Below are positions 21,050-31,563 of a stretch of DNA of 64,000 nucleotides, piece after piece. The notes beneath the pieces were generated by a model. That model did no database searches and was not told the origin of the DNA. It saw nothing but the letters and a program-made list of their open reading frames with translations. Every line of letters begins with the position of its first letter. Position 1 is the first letter of the stretch. Source of the stretch: an uncultured Candidatus Entotheonella sp. (GTDB lineage: Bacteria > Tectomicrobia > Entotheonellia > Entotheonellales > Entotheonellaceae); contig CBDCDA010000001.1 in the NCBI GenBank assembly GCA_965215335.1, positions 800,001 to 864,000 of the forward strand. Reading direction: 5' to 3'. The translations under genes were made by a program, and so were the position numbers.

Positions 21050-22346
21050 AGTTGCTTGGGGTAATCATTGCGCAACTCAGCCCCATGGTGAAGCCATGCC
21101 ATACAAAATACAGCGTGCCGTCGTTGGACACGGCGTCTAGAGCGAAGACAAGAGCCCAACCGGCGACGGTATTGGTGGCAACGGATTTCGGCAGGGTTAA
21201 ACACCTCCACAGCAACGAGCCAATGAAGAGCAGAAACAATGTTAGCGGGGCGATGCCAGCCTCCCCCCAAAGCATCAGGTACGCATTGTGGCTTCCACAT
21301 GGGATTCCGAAGCGGCAAAGAGGGGCGTCGCTTATGGAATGGAAATGCGTGATGCCATGACCGAAAAGCGGGGCTTCCGCTATCTGCGACAGAGCCAGGG
21401 GCCAGAGTACTAAGCGGGTATTGAGGTTCTCTTCAAGGGTCCCGAGATTTATAATCCATGTCAGCCGGGCTTGTTGGCCGTCCTTTATCGGCAAGTATTC
21501 CAGGTTGACGATCGCGAGGATGCTGCCGCCTACCACGATCATAACCGCCAGCCATACGCCGGTGGCCATCCGTCCGAGGCGCAGGTTGGACACCGAGGCG
21601 ATCAGGAAGAAAAGGAAGAGCAGCGCCAGAGTGATGACTGCCGTCCTTGAAAATGTCAGGATGACCGCCACGCTGCCGAGGATCACCACGAAAGTGGCGA
21701 ACTTTCGATACCGGCCTCCGTCCAATGATAGGGACAGCGCCAAGGCGACTGCATAACAGGCGACTATGCCTGCGTGATTGGGGGTCCCGAAAGTGCCCAT
21801 GAACCGAAAGGAAGTGTGATTCTGGAGATACGTCAGAGGATAGAAATGATCCACGATCCAGGGAGTCGCCAGTATGAGTACACAAGCCACGGCCAAGATC
21901 GCCAGAATCCCTTTCAACAGCCGTTTAACACTGATCCGTCGCAACACTGCGGATGCGCCAAGCGCCGACGCAACAACGATCAGGACGGCAAGGCCAACAT
22001 GAAACGGGACCCTGTCATGCAGTCCGTTCCACACGATACTGTCAATAAGCGCAACGCTCATGCCGATAAGAAAGTAAGAGGTCAGGGCGGCCACGATCAG
22101 AAAGCCGGGAGCCCCTAGAGTCCGACGAAAAGGAATACGGACCGTAAGGCACAGGTAAGCGCAGAGAAGTGCAATCCCAATGGTGTTCAACCAAGCCGTA
22201 CCGAATACCCTAATGGATAAATGGTGAAAGTTGACCAGAGCCGCAACCGCCAACAGCCAGAACGGAAGTCTTGCCGAACGAAATACCGGAGGCCGCCGAT
22301 TGGGTGGTGCGATCGTGGGGTTCATCGGCGTCGGTTCACCGACCAT
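21027..22346 (-). CDS. wzy: O-antigen polymerase/ligase family (Wzy) membrane protein
   Basis: About 11 TM segments; RFMGTFGTPN, LTFSR, R..LW, PLFGHG, HNAYL..WGEAG (Wzy_C). ATG overlaps the wzz stop (TAATG). Last residues are encoded by the IS630 end. Confidence 0.78.
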   Translation of the reverse strand: MVGEPTPMNPTIAPPNRRPPVFRSARLPFWLLAVAALVNFHHLSIRVFGTAWLNTIGIALLCAYLCLTVRIPFRRTLGAPGFLIVAALTSYFLIGMSVALIDSIVWNGLHDRVPFHVGLAVLIVVASALGASAVLRRISVKRLLKGILAILAVACVLILATPWIVDHFYPLTYLQNHTSFRFMGTFGTPNHAGIVACYAVALALSLSLDGGRYRKFATFVVILGSVAVILTFSRTAVITLALLFLFFLIASVSNLRLGRMATGVWLAVMIVVGGSILAIVNLEYLPIKDGQQARLTWIINLGTLEENLNTRLVLWPLALSQIAEAPLFGHGITHFHSISDAPLCRFGIPCGSHNAYLMLWGEAGIAPLTLFLLFIGSLLWRCLTLPKSVATNTVAGWALVFALDAVSNDGTLYFVWHGFTMGLSCAMITPSNLERFSRD

Positions 22347-23902
22347 TATGCCCGCCTCCATTTTTCGAGAAGAGGCCGCGTACCCGTGGAGTTCGCAAGA
22401 AATACAAAGCACACCGTAGCCAGCAGGCCAGCGATCCCGCCCATGACTGCGGCCAGATGCTTGGATGGATATGCGGACGCCACCGGCATCATAGCCCGCG
22501 ACGCCAAGCGCACCTCCGACACGGAGCCAGCCTTCTTCAATAACAGTTCGACACTTTCGTTCTGAAGGGTTTTCAGGGCCGAACGCAGGATGTTCCGCTT
22601 CTCAATGAGGTCCAGAAGCACGGTATCCGCTAAATCCTTCTCCGACTTCAGTTTTCGAATGTCCTCTTCCAAATCGATGATGAGAAATCTAAACGTCTCC
22701 TCTGAATCGTTGAATTGATCTTGTGGCGCCGACAGGTACGACTTTCCCGATGGGGGGAGACTCGGCTCATCGCCACCCTCTGCGATGCGTACCTTGACGA
22801 TTGTGTCGTTGTCCTCAACCATAGAAGTTCCATAACGCCCATGACGTTCGGCGAGTTCTACGGACTGACGCATAATGAGCGACGTGAGTTGAGCGAGCCG
22901 ATCTTGCAGCGTGAGAATGAGCGCGTCCACGTCGGCGCCCTGATCGGTCGCATTGGTGTGGGTCACGTCGGCGATGTCGTATCTGATTTCCAGGGTGCCT
23001 GGCAGTTCGGCCAGTGAGGCATAGGCTTCGGCTTTGATCGCCAGGAGAGCCAGACTGTTCGAGGCAACACCTGCATCCCCCGCTCTCTCGACCTGAAGAC
23101 GAAAATCATGCGCGGTTTCCAGTAACCATAACAGCTTTCGTCGGAGTCCGTGGCTTTGCTCCAGCATCTCCTCCAGCGCCCTGCTCCACTGGCTGACGAC
23201 GGCTTGTTTCGCAGCGATCTGACGGCCTAGTTCGTCGACTCTGCTCTCGGCGATGAATACTTTCAATTCCTCTTGGACTTCTTTGTAGGCTGCTTCCGTC
23301 GACTTGATCTCGTCGTTGATCGAGGAGACCAGGCTCAATGGCACCTGTTCGTACAGCAGGTTTACGTGATTCACGTATTCCTCTGCCCAGACGTTGGCGA
23401 TGACCTCGGCCTTCTCCGGCGAATCGGCACTGGCTACGATGCGGATCAGATCGCTGCTATTCTGTTCCGTAAATGGGCCGACCGTCACCAGTTCGGCGTC
23501 GATTCCTCCGAGCAGGATGGCCGTATTGACCTCCAATAATTGCCCACGCAGCCGCTCGATCACCGCCTGCGCCACGTTTCCATTGCGAACGAGCCCCACC
23601 AACGCGGCCCGTCGGGCCGCCACATGGTGCCGGAAATTCGGAGGCGTTGACGACCTAATTGTGAGCTTGTCGTCAATGGAGACGTCGGCCGTCGTGCGAA
23701 CGATCACCACATGGGCCGAGGCCTCGTATTTCGGCTGGAGAACCTGCATGGCCATGATCAGCACACCCCCCCCGATCGCGCAAAGAGCGGTGCCGATGAC
23801 GATCTCCCGCCACCAGGCAAGCAGAACGAAAACGTACGTTCCGATGGCGACTTCCTCCTCCGGCCCTTGGCGGGAGGAAACTTCTGTACTGGCGTCACTC
23901 AT
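22346..23902 (-). CDS. Polysaccharide chain-length determinant (Wzz/GumC-like co-polymerase)
   Basis: Two terminal TM segments around a long coiled-coil periplasmic region; PKYEASA, ADSPEKAEVIANVWAEEY, Pro-rich motif before TM2. Confidence 0.75.
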   Translation of the reverse strand: MSDASTEVSSRQGPEEEVAIGTYVFVLLAWWREIVIGTALCAIGGGVLIMAMQVLQPKYEASAHVVIVRTTADVSIDDKLTIRSSTPPNFRHHVAARRAALVGLVRNGNVAQAVIERLRGQLLEVNTAILLGGIDAELVTVGPFTEQNSSDLIRIVASADSPEKAEVIANVWAEEYVNHVNLLYEQVPLSLVSSINDEIKSTEAAYKEVQEELKVFIAESRVDELGRQIAAKQAVVSQWSRALEEMLEQSHGLRRKLLWLLETAHDFRLQVERAGDAGVASNSLALLAIKAEAYASLAELPGTLEIRYDIADVTHTNATDQGADVDALILTLQDRLAQLTSLIMRQSVELAERHGRYGTSMVEDNDTIVKVRIAEGGDEPSLPPSGKSYLSAPQDQFNDSEETFRFLIIDLEEDIRKLKSEKDLADTVLLDLIEKRNILRSALKTLQNESVELLLKKAGSVSEVRLASRAMMPVASAYPSKHLAAVMGGIAGLLATVCFVFLANSTGTRPLLEKWRRA

Positions 23903-23935
23903 CAAGAATGTCCTTTATCCTAAAGTGATGTTACG

Positions 23936-25261
23936 CAATACTTCGGACAGTTTTGAGAGCAAGGTAGTCGCACGGGTTCTCCAATTCTATAGTTGTGTTA
24001 GCCCACGCAACCAAAGAATGGAGGTGTCCCGTGCGACTGCTTCAAAGTGTACTGCCGACCTTGGCCCAAACCAAGAAACCGCAACGCAAATTCATCGCCC
24101 ATCTATTGGGACTTCTACTGATGCTTCCCGGCCATGCCACGTTTCGTAATCTCAGCCGCTACAGTCCATATCACGAGCGCACCTTTGCGCGCTGGTACGA
24201 CCGACCCTTCGACTTTGTCGCACTCAACAAGGCGGCCATTACCCAAGTCATCCCGCCTGATCATCAACAGGCTCTGGTCATCGATGCCAGCTTCATCCCC
24301 AAAAGTGGCAACCACACCTATGGTCTTGAGCACTTCTGGAATAGTGGCCACCGGCGCAGTGAAAAAGGTCTGGAAGTCTCTGCGGTGGCCTGGCTCGACC
24401 TCACCGACAGATGCGCCTATGGCCTCAGTGTCGAGCAGACACCACCGAGCGACAAGACCTCTGAGGTGCAAGGCACCCGTATCGATGCCTGGCTGGAGCA
24501 ATTGCGAGGCGTGGTCTGTGGCCACCAACTCCATCATCTACGCCATGTGATAACGGACGGCTATTACAGCAAACGTAAATTCCTTGACGGACTTCGTGCC
24601 CTGGGGCTGCATCAGATTGGCAAGCTGCGCCGTGACGCCAATCTGCGCTATCTCTACCAAGGACCGAGGCGCCCAGGACCCGGACGACCCAAGACCTATG
24701 ACGGCAAGGTTCATTGTTCATTGGGACGACCTGGCACGCTTTGAGCGTGTAGCGAGCGAAGACGCCGCCGTCGTGCTCTATCACCAAGTCCTCAACCACG
24801 TGCATCTTCGGCGCAATCTGCGTGTCGTCCTGGTGGTCGATACCCGCAGCCAGCGGCAAGCGGTGCTGTTCAGCACCGACACCGACATGGATGCGCAGGC
24901 GCTTTATCGCGCCTACAAAGCGCGCTTCCAGATCGAATTTCTCTTTCGAGACGCCAAGCAGTTTACGTCTCTGAGTGCCTGTCAAGCGCGTTCCCAAGCC
25001 AAACTGCACGTTCACTTCAATGCGAGCCTGAGTGCTCTGACCTTGGGCAAACTGGAAGCTCGGCAGCAAAGCGGTGGTAGCGAGGCAGGGTTTTCCATGG
25101 CGAGTGTCAAACGGCGCGCTTTCAACCAACACCTGCTTGAGCGAATTTCTCAGCATCTAGCCGAAGGGCATAGCCTGGAAAAATCCAGCCCCGAATACCA
25201 AGACCTTTGCAACTATGGCACGATCACTGACAGGGCGGCCTAAATTCTGTCCGACCTATTG
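23936..25261 (+). mobile_element. IS4-family (ISPepr1-like) element, transposase frameshifted near 24715
   Basis: TIRs CAATACTTCGGACAG / CTGTCCGACCTATTG; 6-bp duplication GTTACG; IDASFI, TDGYY, YKARFQIEFLFRDAKQ (YREK). Confidence 0.85.
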
Positions 25262-25262
25262 G

Positions 25263-25830
25263 TTACGCGGCCTTGAGGAGTTGGAGTTCATCAAAGGCAT
25301 GACGCACCGCCTTGAGATAGAGCCGGGTTCGTAAGGCCACGTGATTGAGCCGATGTTGCACACTGAGCCATGTCAGGCGACACGCAGCATAAATCGCCAG
25401 AAAACAATGATTGCTCTGCGTCCGTACCGTTCGGATCGGCGACCTGGCTAGCGACGCATGGCTCTTGAGCGTCTTGTGATACGTCTCCACGTTCCACCGT
25501 TTCTGGTAGATTGTGACGATGCCTTCTGCGTCATGCTCGAGGTCGCTGCAAGCCAGATACAAAACCCCGCGGCTGCCGTCTTTGTTTGTAAAGACCTGGC
25601 GGACGAGGAGAACCGCAAAGTCCAGTCCCCTCAAGTAGCCGCGTACCGCTTGGCGTTCCGGCAAGTTCAGCGCATCCAGGCGTGAGAAGTTTCCTTGGCG
25701 TTTGGCCTCGTAGCTCAAGGCCACCGTACGGTTGGATTTCAGGGCGATGACGAAATGCTTGCCCAAGCCCTGGCGAATGAAGTTCAGGTTGTCTTTGGCT
25801 GAGAACCAACTGTCAGCCAGCACGTAGCAC
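25263..25830 (-). mobile_element. IS701-family transposase, C-terminal fragment
   Basis: YVLADSWFS, ALKSNR, YQKRWNVETYHKTLK, TQSNH; its terminus GTGATGTTACGC is split by the IS4 insertion. Confidence 0.72.
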
Positions 25831-25883
25831 CAGGCCAATGGCGCTGGCGGCACTGACTTGAAAGCGCCGGACGGCTTGTCCGG

Positions 25884-28085
25884 CAGGGTAAGCGCATATG
25901 GCGGTCAATCTGGTTAAGACCTGCGACAGATAGCTGTGATCCCAACCGGCCCGTTTGCGTCGGGCCTTGACGCCCCGCTTGTGACTCGATTCCCGTCGTA
26001 TCAGGTTCAGGGCGATGTGACGCAGCACCGACATCGTTTGAGCCCCAGCGTCTTGACGAATCCGACAGTCGTCTCCGCGAAAGCTCACGTCAAGCACCCA
26101 ATGGAGCGAATTCTCAACGCCCCAATGCTGCCGGACCGCTTGCGCAAAGCGCGCCGCATCACACTCAAGCGAGGTCAGAAAATAACGCCGCTCACAAGAC
26201 ACCACATCGCCCAGTTCCACCTGTGACTCGATCATGCCAATGCTGGCAATGTTGGCCCACGAACCCTTCACCCCCAAACACTCGATATCGCTCGTCAGCC
26301 AATAGCGGCGCGTCTCGATACGACCATGGTCGGCATCGACGCTCTGGTAATAATCGCAACTCACATCCGTCAACCCGCTCGTCGTCACAGCGTCGAAAAG
26401 GAGCTTGACCTCACCATGGAGCGTCGCATGGTTGTCTTTGAGAGTCAAGACATAATCCGCCCCTTGCTCGGCGATGCTGCGGGCGATCTCCTTCTGGCAT
26501 CCCATGGCGTCGATTGTCACCGTTGCCCCGTTCAACTCCAACAGCCCAGGCAAGTGGGGAAGGGCAGAGATTTCATTGGACTTGTCATCCACCTTCTTGA
26601 GTTGACCCAAAACGAGCCGCTTGGCACTGGCCCAGGCGCTGATCATGTGCACAGCACCCTTGGCCGCAGCACGGTCAAAAGAGCGCCGCAAGGTCTTGCC
26701 ATCCATGGCGACAATCTCTCCAGCGAGCGACCCGCGCAGGCCGTCCGTCCAGTTAATGAAGCACTGGGTGAGTTCTTCCGGCTCAAGCCGAGAGAGCACG
26801 CGACGGAAGGTGTCGGGTGAGGGAATACCATGAGGCAGGTCGAGAAACTCTTGGAGCCAATCGGCCTGAGCCTGACCGTACTCCTCCAGGGCACCTCGAA
26901 AAATACCTCTTGGGCGGTCCAAGATGACAGGATGGGTCATTCGCACCGTTTCGATAGGAAAATCAACTCAGCTTTCCAGGGTATCGCCTCCCGACAATCA
27001 GGATTCACCTCTCAAAGAGGGCGCCCGCTACACCTTGTCGCACCACTTGCCCTCAACCCACCGTCCCAAGACATTGCAACCCAACCAGCCGTCGCATGTT
27101 GTAGGCCAGGTTCTTGAGACCTGTCCGCGCCCTCGCCCGGACAAGCCCGATGCTGCGAACCAACGTCCCGCCCATGTCATTGTGCTGCGCGCCGAAGACG
27201 TGTTCCACCCGTGCCCGAAACCGTGAACGACTCCTGTTGCCGGCCTTCTCCCAATCCCGCAATGGACGGTTACGATGGCCCTTGCGATGAATCCGACTTG
27301 TCAGCCCCTTGGCCTTCACCTTCGCCTCTATCGCTTTCGACCGATAAGCGCTGTCCGCCCACACACCGCTTGCCATGTTGTCCGAAGTCAGTAACTCATC
27401 CATCACCTGACTGTCGTGGACCGAGGCGTCCGTCACCCGGTAACGCCGTACCAGTTTGTACGTGCGGTCGATGTTAATGTGGTTCTTGTAACCGTAGTGA
27501 CTGTTGCCGTGCTTTTTCGTCCAGCGCGCATCCGTGTCTTTCTGCCGACGCCGGGCCGGCTTGTCCGCCCAGGCCGTGGGCGTCCTGCCCTGCTTGATCT
27601 GGGCGTTGTCGTCACGACGGTTGCGTTGGATGGGGACCGCCACAATTGAAGCATCCATGATCTGGCCGCCCCTTGCCTGATAGCCCTGGGTGTTGAGATA
27701 GCCGTCGAAGTCGTTGAACAAAGCTTCGATCACACCGGCCTGTGACAACTGCTCGCGACAGAGCCACACGGTCCTGGCGTCGGGCACCTTGTCTTCAAGG
27801 CGCAAACCCAGGAAACGCACAAAGGAGAGGCGGTCGCGCATCTGGTATTCCACTTGGTCATCCGACAGGTTGTAGAGGGCGCACAACACGATGGCTTTGA
27901 ACATGACGATAGCGTCCCAGGGCTTGCATCCGGCATTGGACTTGCGCTTGTCGGGTGGCTTGCGCCAGACTGCTCCAGGCGGCTGCGGAATGTTTCCCAG
28001 GGAACGAGGGCATTGATCTTCACCAAGGGGTCATTCTTGGCGTCCAGATCAGAACGCTGGGCAATCCTCATATGCGCTTACCCTA
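25884..28085 (-). mobile_element. ISAs1-family element disrupted by nested IS5
   Basis: Ends CAGGGTAAGCGCATATG / CATATGCGCTTACCCTA; imperfect duplication GGCTTGTC(C)GG; MDGKTLR, KSNEI, IDAMGCQ, HWGVENSLHW. Confidence 0.82.
26889..28046 (-). mobile_element. IS5-family element nested in ISAs1 (one end deleted)
   Basis: Same family as 12403-13636; ORF 27053-27904 with [24 protein letters not shown]; terminus GGGCACCTCGAAAAAT at 26889. Confidence 0.85.
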
Positions 28086-28306
28086 GGCTTGTCGGGCTGA
28101 GGCGCCGGCTTGCACGGCGTCAATGATACGTTGGCGCAGGTCCTTCACGCCACGCTTGGACTCGATTCGCGTCGTATCAGGTTCAGGGCGTGACGCAGCA
28201 CCGGCATCGTTTGCGCCCCAGCGTCTTGACGAATCCGACGGTCATCTTCCCGAAAGCTCACCGTCAAGCATCCCCAGCGGATAGTTCGTTGTGTCAATAT
28301 CGGAAG

Positions 28307-29521
28307 TCATAGGATGGCTTCCACCTCGTCGCAGAACCGACGGCGAAGAGTGTCCCGAGAATAGCGCCGTCGGACCAGATCCTGTGCGGTTCGGCCCATC
28401 CTCTCGAGACGCTCGCGCGAGGTGCGCCGGATTTCTCGCAGCACCTCCACGGTGCCGTCCGTGTTCCCGTGAGCGACGTGCCAGCCGATATCGTGCTCTC
28501 CGATGATGTCGGAGGCATGACAGCGTTTCGGGCCAAGCAGCAGGATGGGACGGCCTGCCGCCATTGCACCGTAGATCTTGCAGGGGTGCGAAATACCCAC
28601 TGTTTCGTTGCCGACTGAAACGGCGTGTACATCAGCAGCGGCGAGAGAGTAGTGCAGAGTTTCCAGGGGCTGGAACGGGAGGGAGCGGATGTTTGAGGGG
28701 CGTTCCCGTTCGATGATCGCTTCGACATCCCGCTTGCCGAAACCACCGCCAATGAACAGGAACTCGAGCCCCCTTTCGTCCCGTAGCCGTAGCGCGGCTT
28801 GCAGCAACGTGTCCAATGGGTGGGCCAGGCTGTGGTTGCCACTAAACATCACGACGCGACGTCCCGGCTCGATGTGTTCTTTGCGCCAGGGGTTGGCGGC
28901 GTGCCCGATCCACTCGACGTGGCTGTTGTGGGGCCATGGCGGCATGATGACGGTTTTCGCCCTTGTGTCCAGCTTGTGTTGCACAAGCTCTGCCATGAAG
29001 CGGTCGAGGACGATGATACGCTTCGCGCGGCCGAGGATCCGACGGTTCAGCCAGTTCATCATGGACACCGCGAGGGCACTCTTCCGCAGCATGCCCATCC
29101 TGATAGCCAGGTCAGGGTTCAGGTCATGGAGCCAGTAGAAGACAGGCATGCCACGCAGCCATGAGATGACGAGAGCCGCAATCGGGCACAGAGGGGGCGA
29201 TGTGCTCACGAGGATCATGTCTGGTATCCGCGAAAAGCCCGCCCGGACGATGGCTTGCATCGTGAAGGACAACGCCCCCACCACCCGGACGACGAAGTTG
29301 CCCTTGCCGAACGAGCTCAGCGGAATACGCCGGATCCGAACCCCGTCCCGAGTTTCCTGCGAGGGGTACTTCCGGCGCCGATCCTCGTAGCCCCGGTTGG
29401 CCGCGAGCACACGAACCTGGTGGCCGCGGACGGCGAGCGCCGCGGCGACATCGTGGAGGTGCTGGCCAGTGGTGGACGGATCCGGCACGTAGGGTTGGGT
29501 CAAGATCAGGATGTGTGCCAC
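28307..29521 (-). CDS. Glycosyltransferase family 4 (WbuB-like)
   Basis: TQPYVPD, STSPP, HDLNPD, FSGNHSLAH, PCKIYGAMAAGRP. Confidence 0.87.
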   Translation of the reverse strand: MAHILILTQPYVPDPSTTGQHLHDVAAALAVRGHQVRVLAANRGYEDRRRKYPSQETRDGVRIRRIPLSSFGKGNFVVRVVGALSFTMQAIVRAGFSRIPDMILVSTSPPLCPIAALVISWLRGMPVFYWLHDLNPDLAIRMGMLRKSALAVSMMNWLNRRILGRAKRIIVLDRFMAELVQHKLDTRAKTVIMPPWPHNSHVEWIGHAANPWRKEHIEPGRRVVMFSGNHSLAHPLDTLLQAALRLRDERGLEFLFIGGGFGKRDVEAIIERERPSNIRSLPFQPLETLHYSLAAADVHAVSVGNETVGISHPCKIYGAMAAGRPILLLGPKRCHASDIIGEHDIGWHVAHGNTDGTVEVLREIRRTSRERLERMGRTAQDLVRRRYSRDTLRRRFCDEVEAIL

Positions 29522-29531
29522 ATGAGCCTTC

Positions 29532-30512
29532 TCAGCCGTACTTCTTCATGTATGCGTCGTGGATCCAGCGATAGGTACGCTCCATGCCGTCCTGTAGCCG
29601 GATTGATGGCTCCCATCCGAGCTCTCGAAGGATCATCTTGTTGTCGCTGTTACGACCCTTCACGCCCTTGGGAGCATCGAGTTTGTAACGCCTGTTGAGC
29701 TTCACGCCGGCGATGTCCTCGATGACGTCAACGAGCCCATCGATGGTCGTCAGTTCGCTCGAACCGAGGTTGATGGGCTCCAGAATGTCGCTGTGCATGA
29801 TGTCCTGAGTGCCCTTCAGGCAGTCGTCGATGTACATGAATGATCGGGTCTGCTTGCCGTCGCCCCAGATCTCGATATCGAGGTTGCCGGTACACTTGGC
29901 ATGGAGCACCTTACGACAAATCGCGGCGGGTGCCTTCTCACGGCCGCCCTCCCAGATGCCGAACGGGCCATACACGTTGTGGTAGCGGGCCACCCGGGTG
30001 CGCAGCCCGAAGTCCTCCCGGAAATGGCGGCACATTCGCTCGGAGAACAACTTCTCCCAACCGTAGCCGTCCTCAGGCATGGCAGGGTAGGCATCGGCCT
30101 CCCGCAGGGCTACCACGTCCCCACTCCTCTGCTTGTCCCCATTATAGACGCATGCGGATGAGGCGTAGAAAAACGACTTTAACCCACGCTCCTTGGCTGC
30201 CAGTATCATGTGCGTGTTGGTCAGGACCGAAAGCATGCACAGGGTTTTGTTGTTCTCGATGAAGCCCATGCCTCCCATGTCGGCGGCGAGTTGGTAGCAC
30301 TCGTCCATGCCGTCGCAGACCGCCATGCAAGATGCAATATCCTGAAGATCCAAGACGACGTTCTCGGCATTCTCGTGGATCTGGCACCAATCCCTCATGG
30401 GCTTGCGATCCACACAGCGGACTTGCTGGCCCCTCGCCAGTAATGCCCCGACGAGATGCCCGCCGATGAATCCGCCACCGCCCGTGACTACTACACTCCG
30501 CCGTTTATCCAT
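29532..30512 (-). CDS. NAD-dependent epimerase, GDP-mannose 3,5-epimerase-like
   Basis: TGGGGFIG, LAADMGGMGFIE, SSACVY, YGWEK, GGREKAPAAICRK, GRNSDN: hallmark GME motifs. Confidence 0.85.
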   Translation of the reverse strand: MDKRRSVVVTGGGGFIGGHLVGALLARGQQVRCVDRKPMRDWCQIHENAENVVLDLQDIASCMAVCDGMDECYQLAADMGGMGFIENNKTLCMLSVLTNTHMILAAKERGLKSFFYASSACVYNGDKQRSGDVVALREADAYPAMPEDGYGWEKLFSERMCRHFREDFGLRTRVARYHNVYGPFGIWEGGREKAPAAICRKVLHAKCTGNLDIEIWGDGKQTRSFMYIDDCLKGTQDIMHSDILEPINLGSSELTTIDGLVDVIEDIAGVKLNRRYKLDAPKGVKGRNSDNKMILRELGWEPSIRLQDGMERTYRWIHDAYMKKYG

Positions 30513-30531
30513 TCTTCAGCTTGGCCCCCAA

Positions 30532-31513
30532 CAATACTCCGAACGGTTTTGACAGCCAAGCAGCCGGCACGGGTTCCCCAATTCCATAGTTGTGTCAGCC
30601 CACGCAACCAAGGAATGGAGGTGTCCCCTGCGACTGCTTCAAAGTGTACTGCCGACCTTGGCCCAAACCAAAGAAACCGCAATGCAAATTCATCGCCCAT
30701 CTGTTGGGACTTCTACTGAGCGGCCATGCCACGTTTCGCAATCTCAGCCGCTACAGTCCATATCACGAGCGCGCGGGTACGACCGACCCTTCGACTTCGT
30801 CTCACTCAACGCGGCGATTACCCGGATCATCGCACCCGAGCACCAACAGGCTCTGGTCATCAATGCCTGGCTGGCGCAATTGCAAGGCGTGGCCTGTGGC
30901 CACCAACTCCATCATCTACGCTATGTGATCACAGATGGCTATTTACAGCAAACGTAGCCTTGGGGCTGCATCAGATTGGCAAGCAAGGACCGGGGCGCCC
31001 AAGACCCGGACCCAAGACCCCTATGACGGCAAGGTTCATTGGGACGACCTGTCACGCCTTGAGCGTGTGCCGAGCGAAGACGACGCCGTCGTGCTCTATC
31101 ACCATGTCCTCAGCCACGTGCATCTTCGGCACAATCTGCGTGTCGTCCTTGTGGTGGACAGCCGCAGCCACCGGCAAGCGGTGCTGTTCAGCACCGAAAG
31201 AGACGCCAAGCAGTTTACGTCTCTGAGTGCCTGTCAAGCGCGCTCCCAAGCCAAGCTGCATGTTCACTTCAATGCGAGCCTGAGCGCTCTGACCTTGGGC
31301 AAACTGGAAGCTCGGCAGCAAAGCGGTGGTAGCGAGGCAGGGTTTTCCATGGCGAGTGTCAAACGGCGCGCTTTCAACCAACACCTGCTTGAGCGAATTT
31401 CTCAGCATCTAGCCGAAGGGCATAGCCTGGAAAAATCCAGCCCCGAATACCAAGACCTTTGCAACTATGGCACGATCACTGACAGGGCGGCCTAAATTCT
31501 GTCCGACCTATTG
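30532..31513 (+). mobile_element. IS4-family element, degraded second copy
   Basis: Homologous to 23936-25261 with internal deletions; same right end; no target duplication. Confidence 0.82.
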
Positions 31514-31563
31514 GAATATTATATAGCAACGATTCTGCAAAACAAGGGCTTGTGCGAGCAGGG

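Noticed and set aside
23936..31513. Composite transposon of two IS4 copies carrying GT4 and epimerase
   Set aside because: The left copy has its own 6-bp target duplication and the outer flanks do not match.
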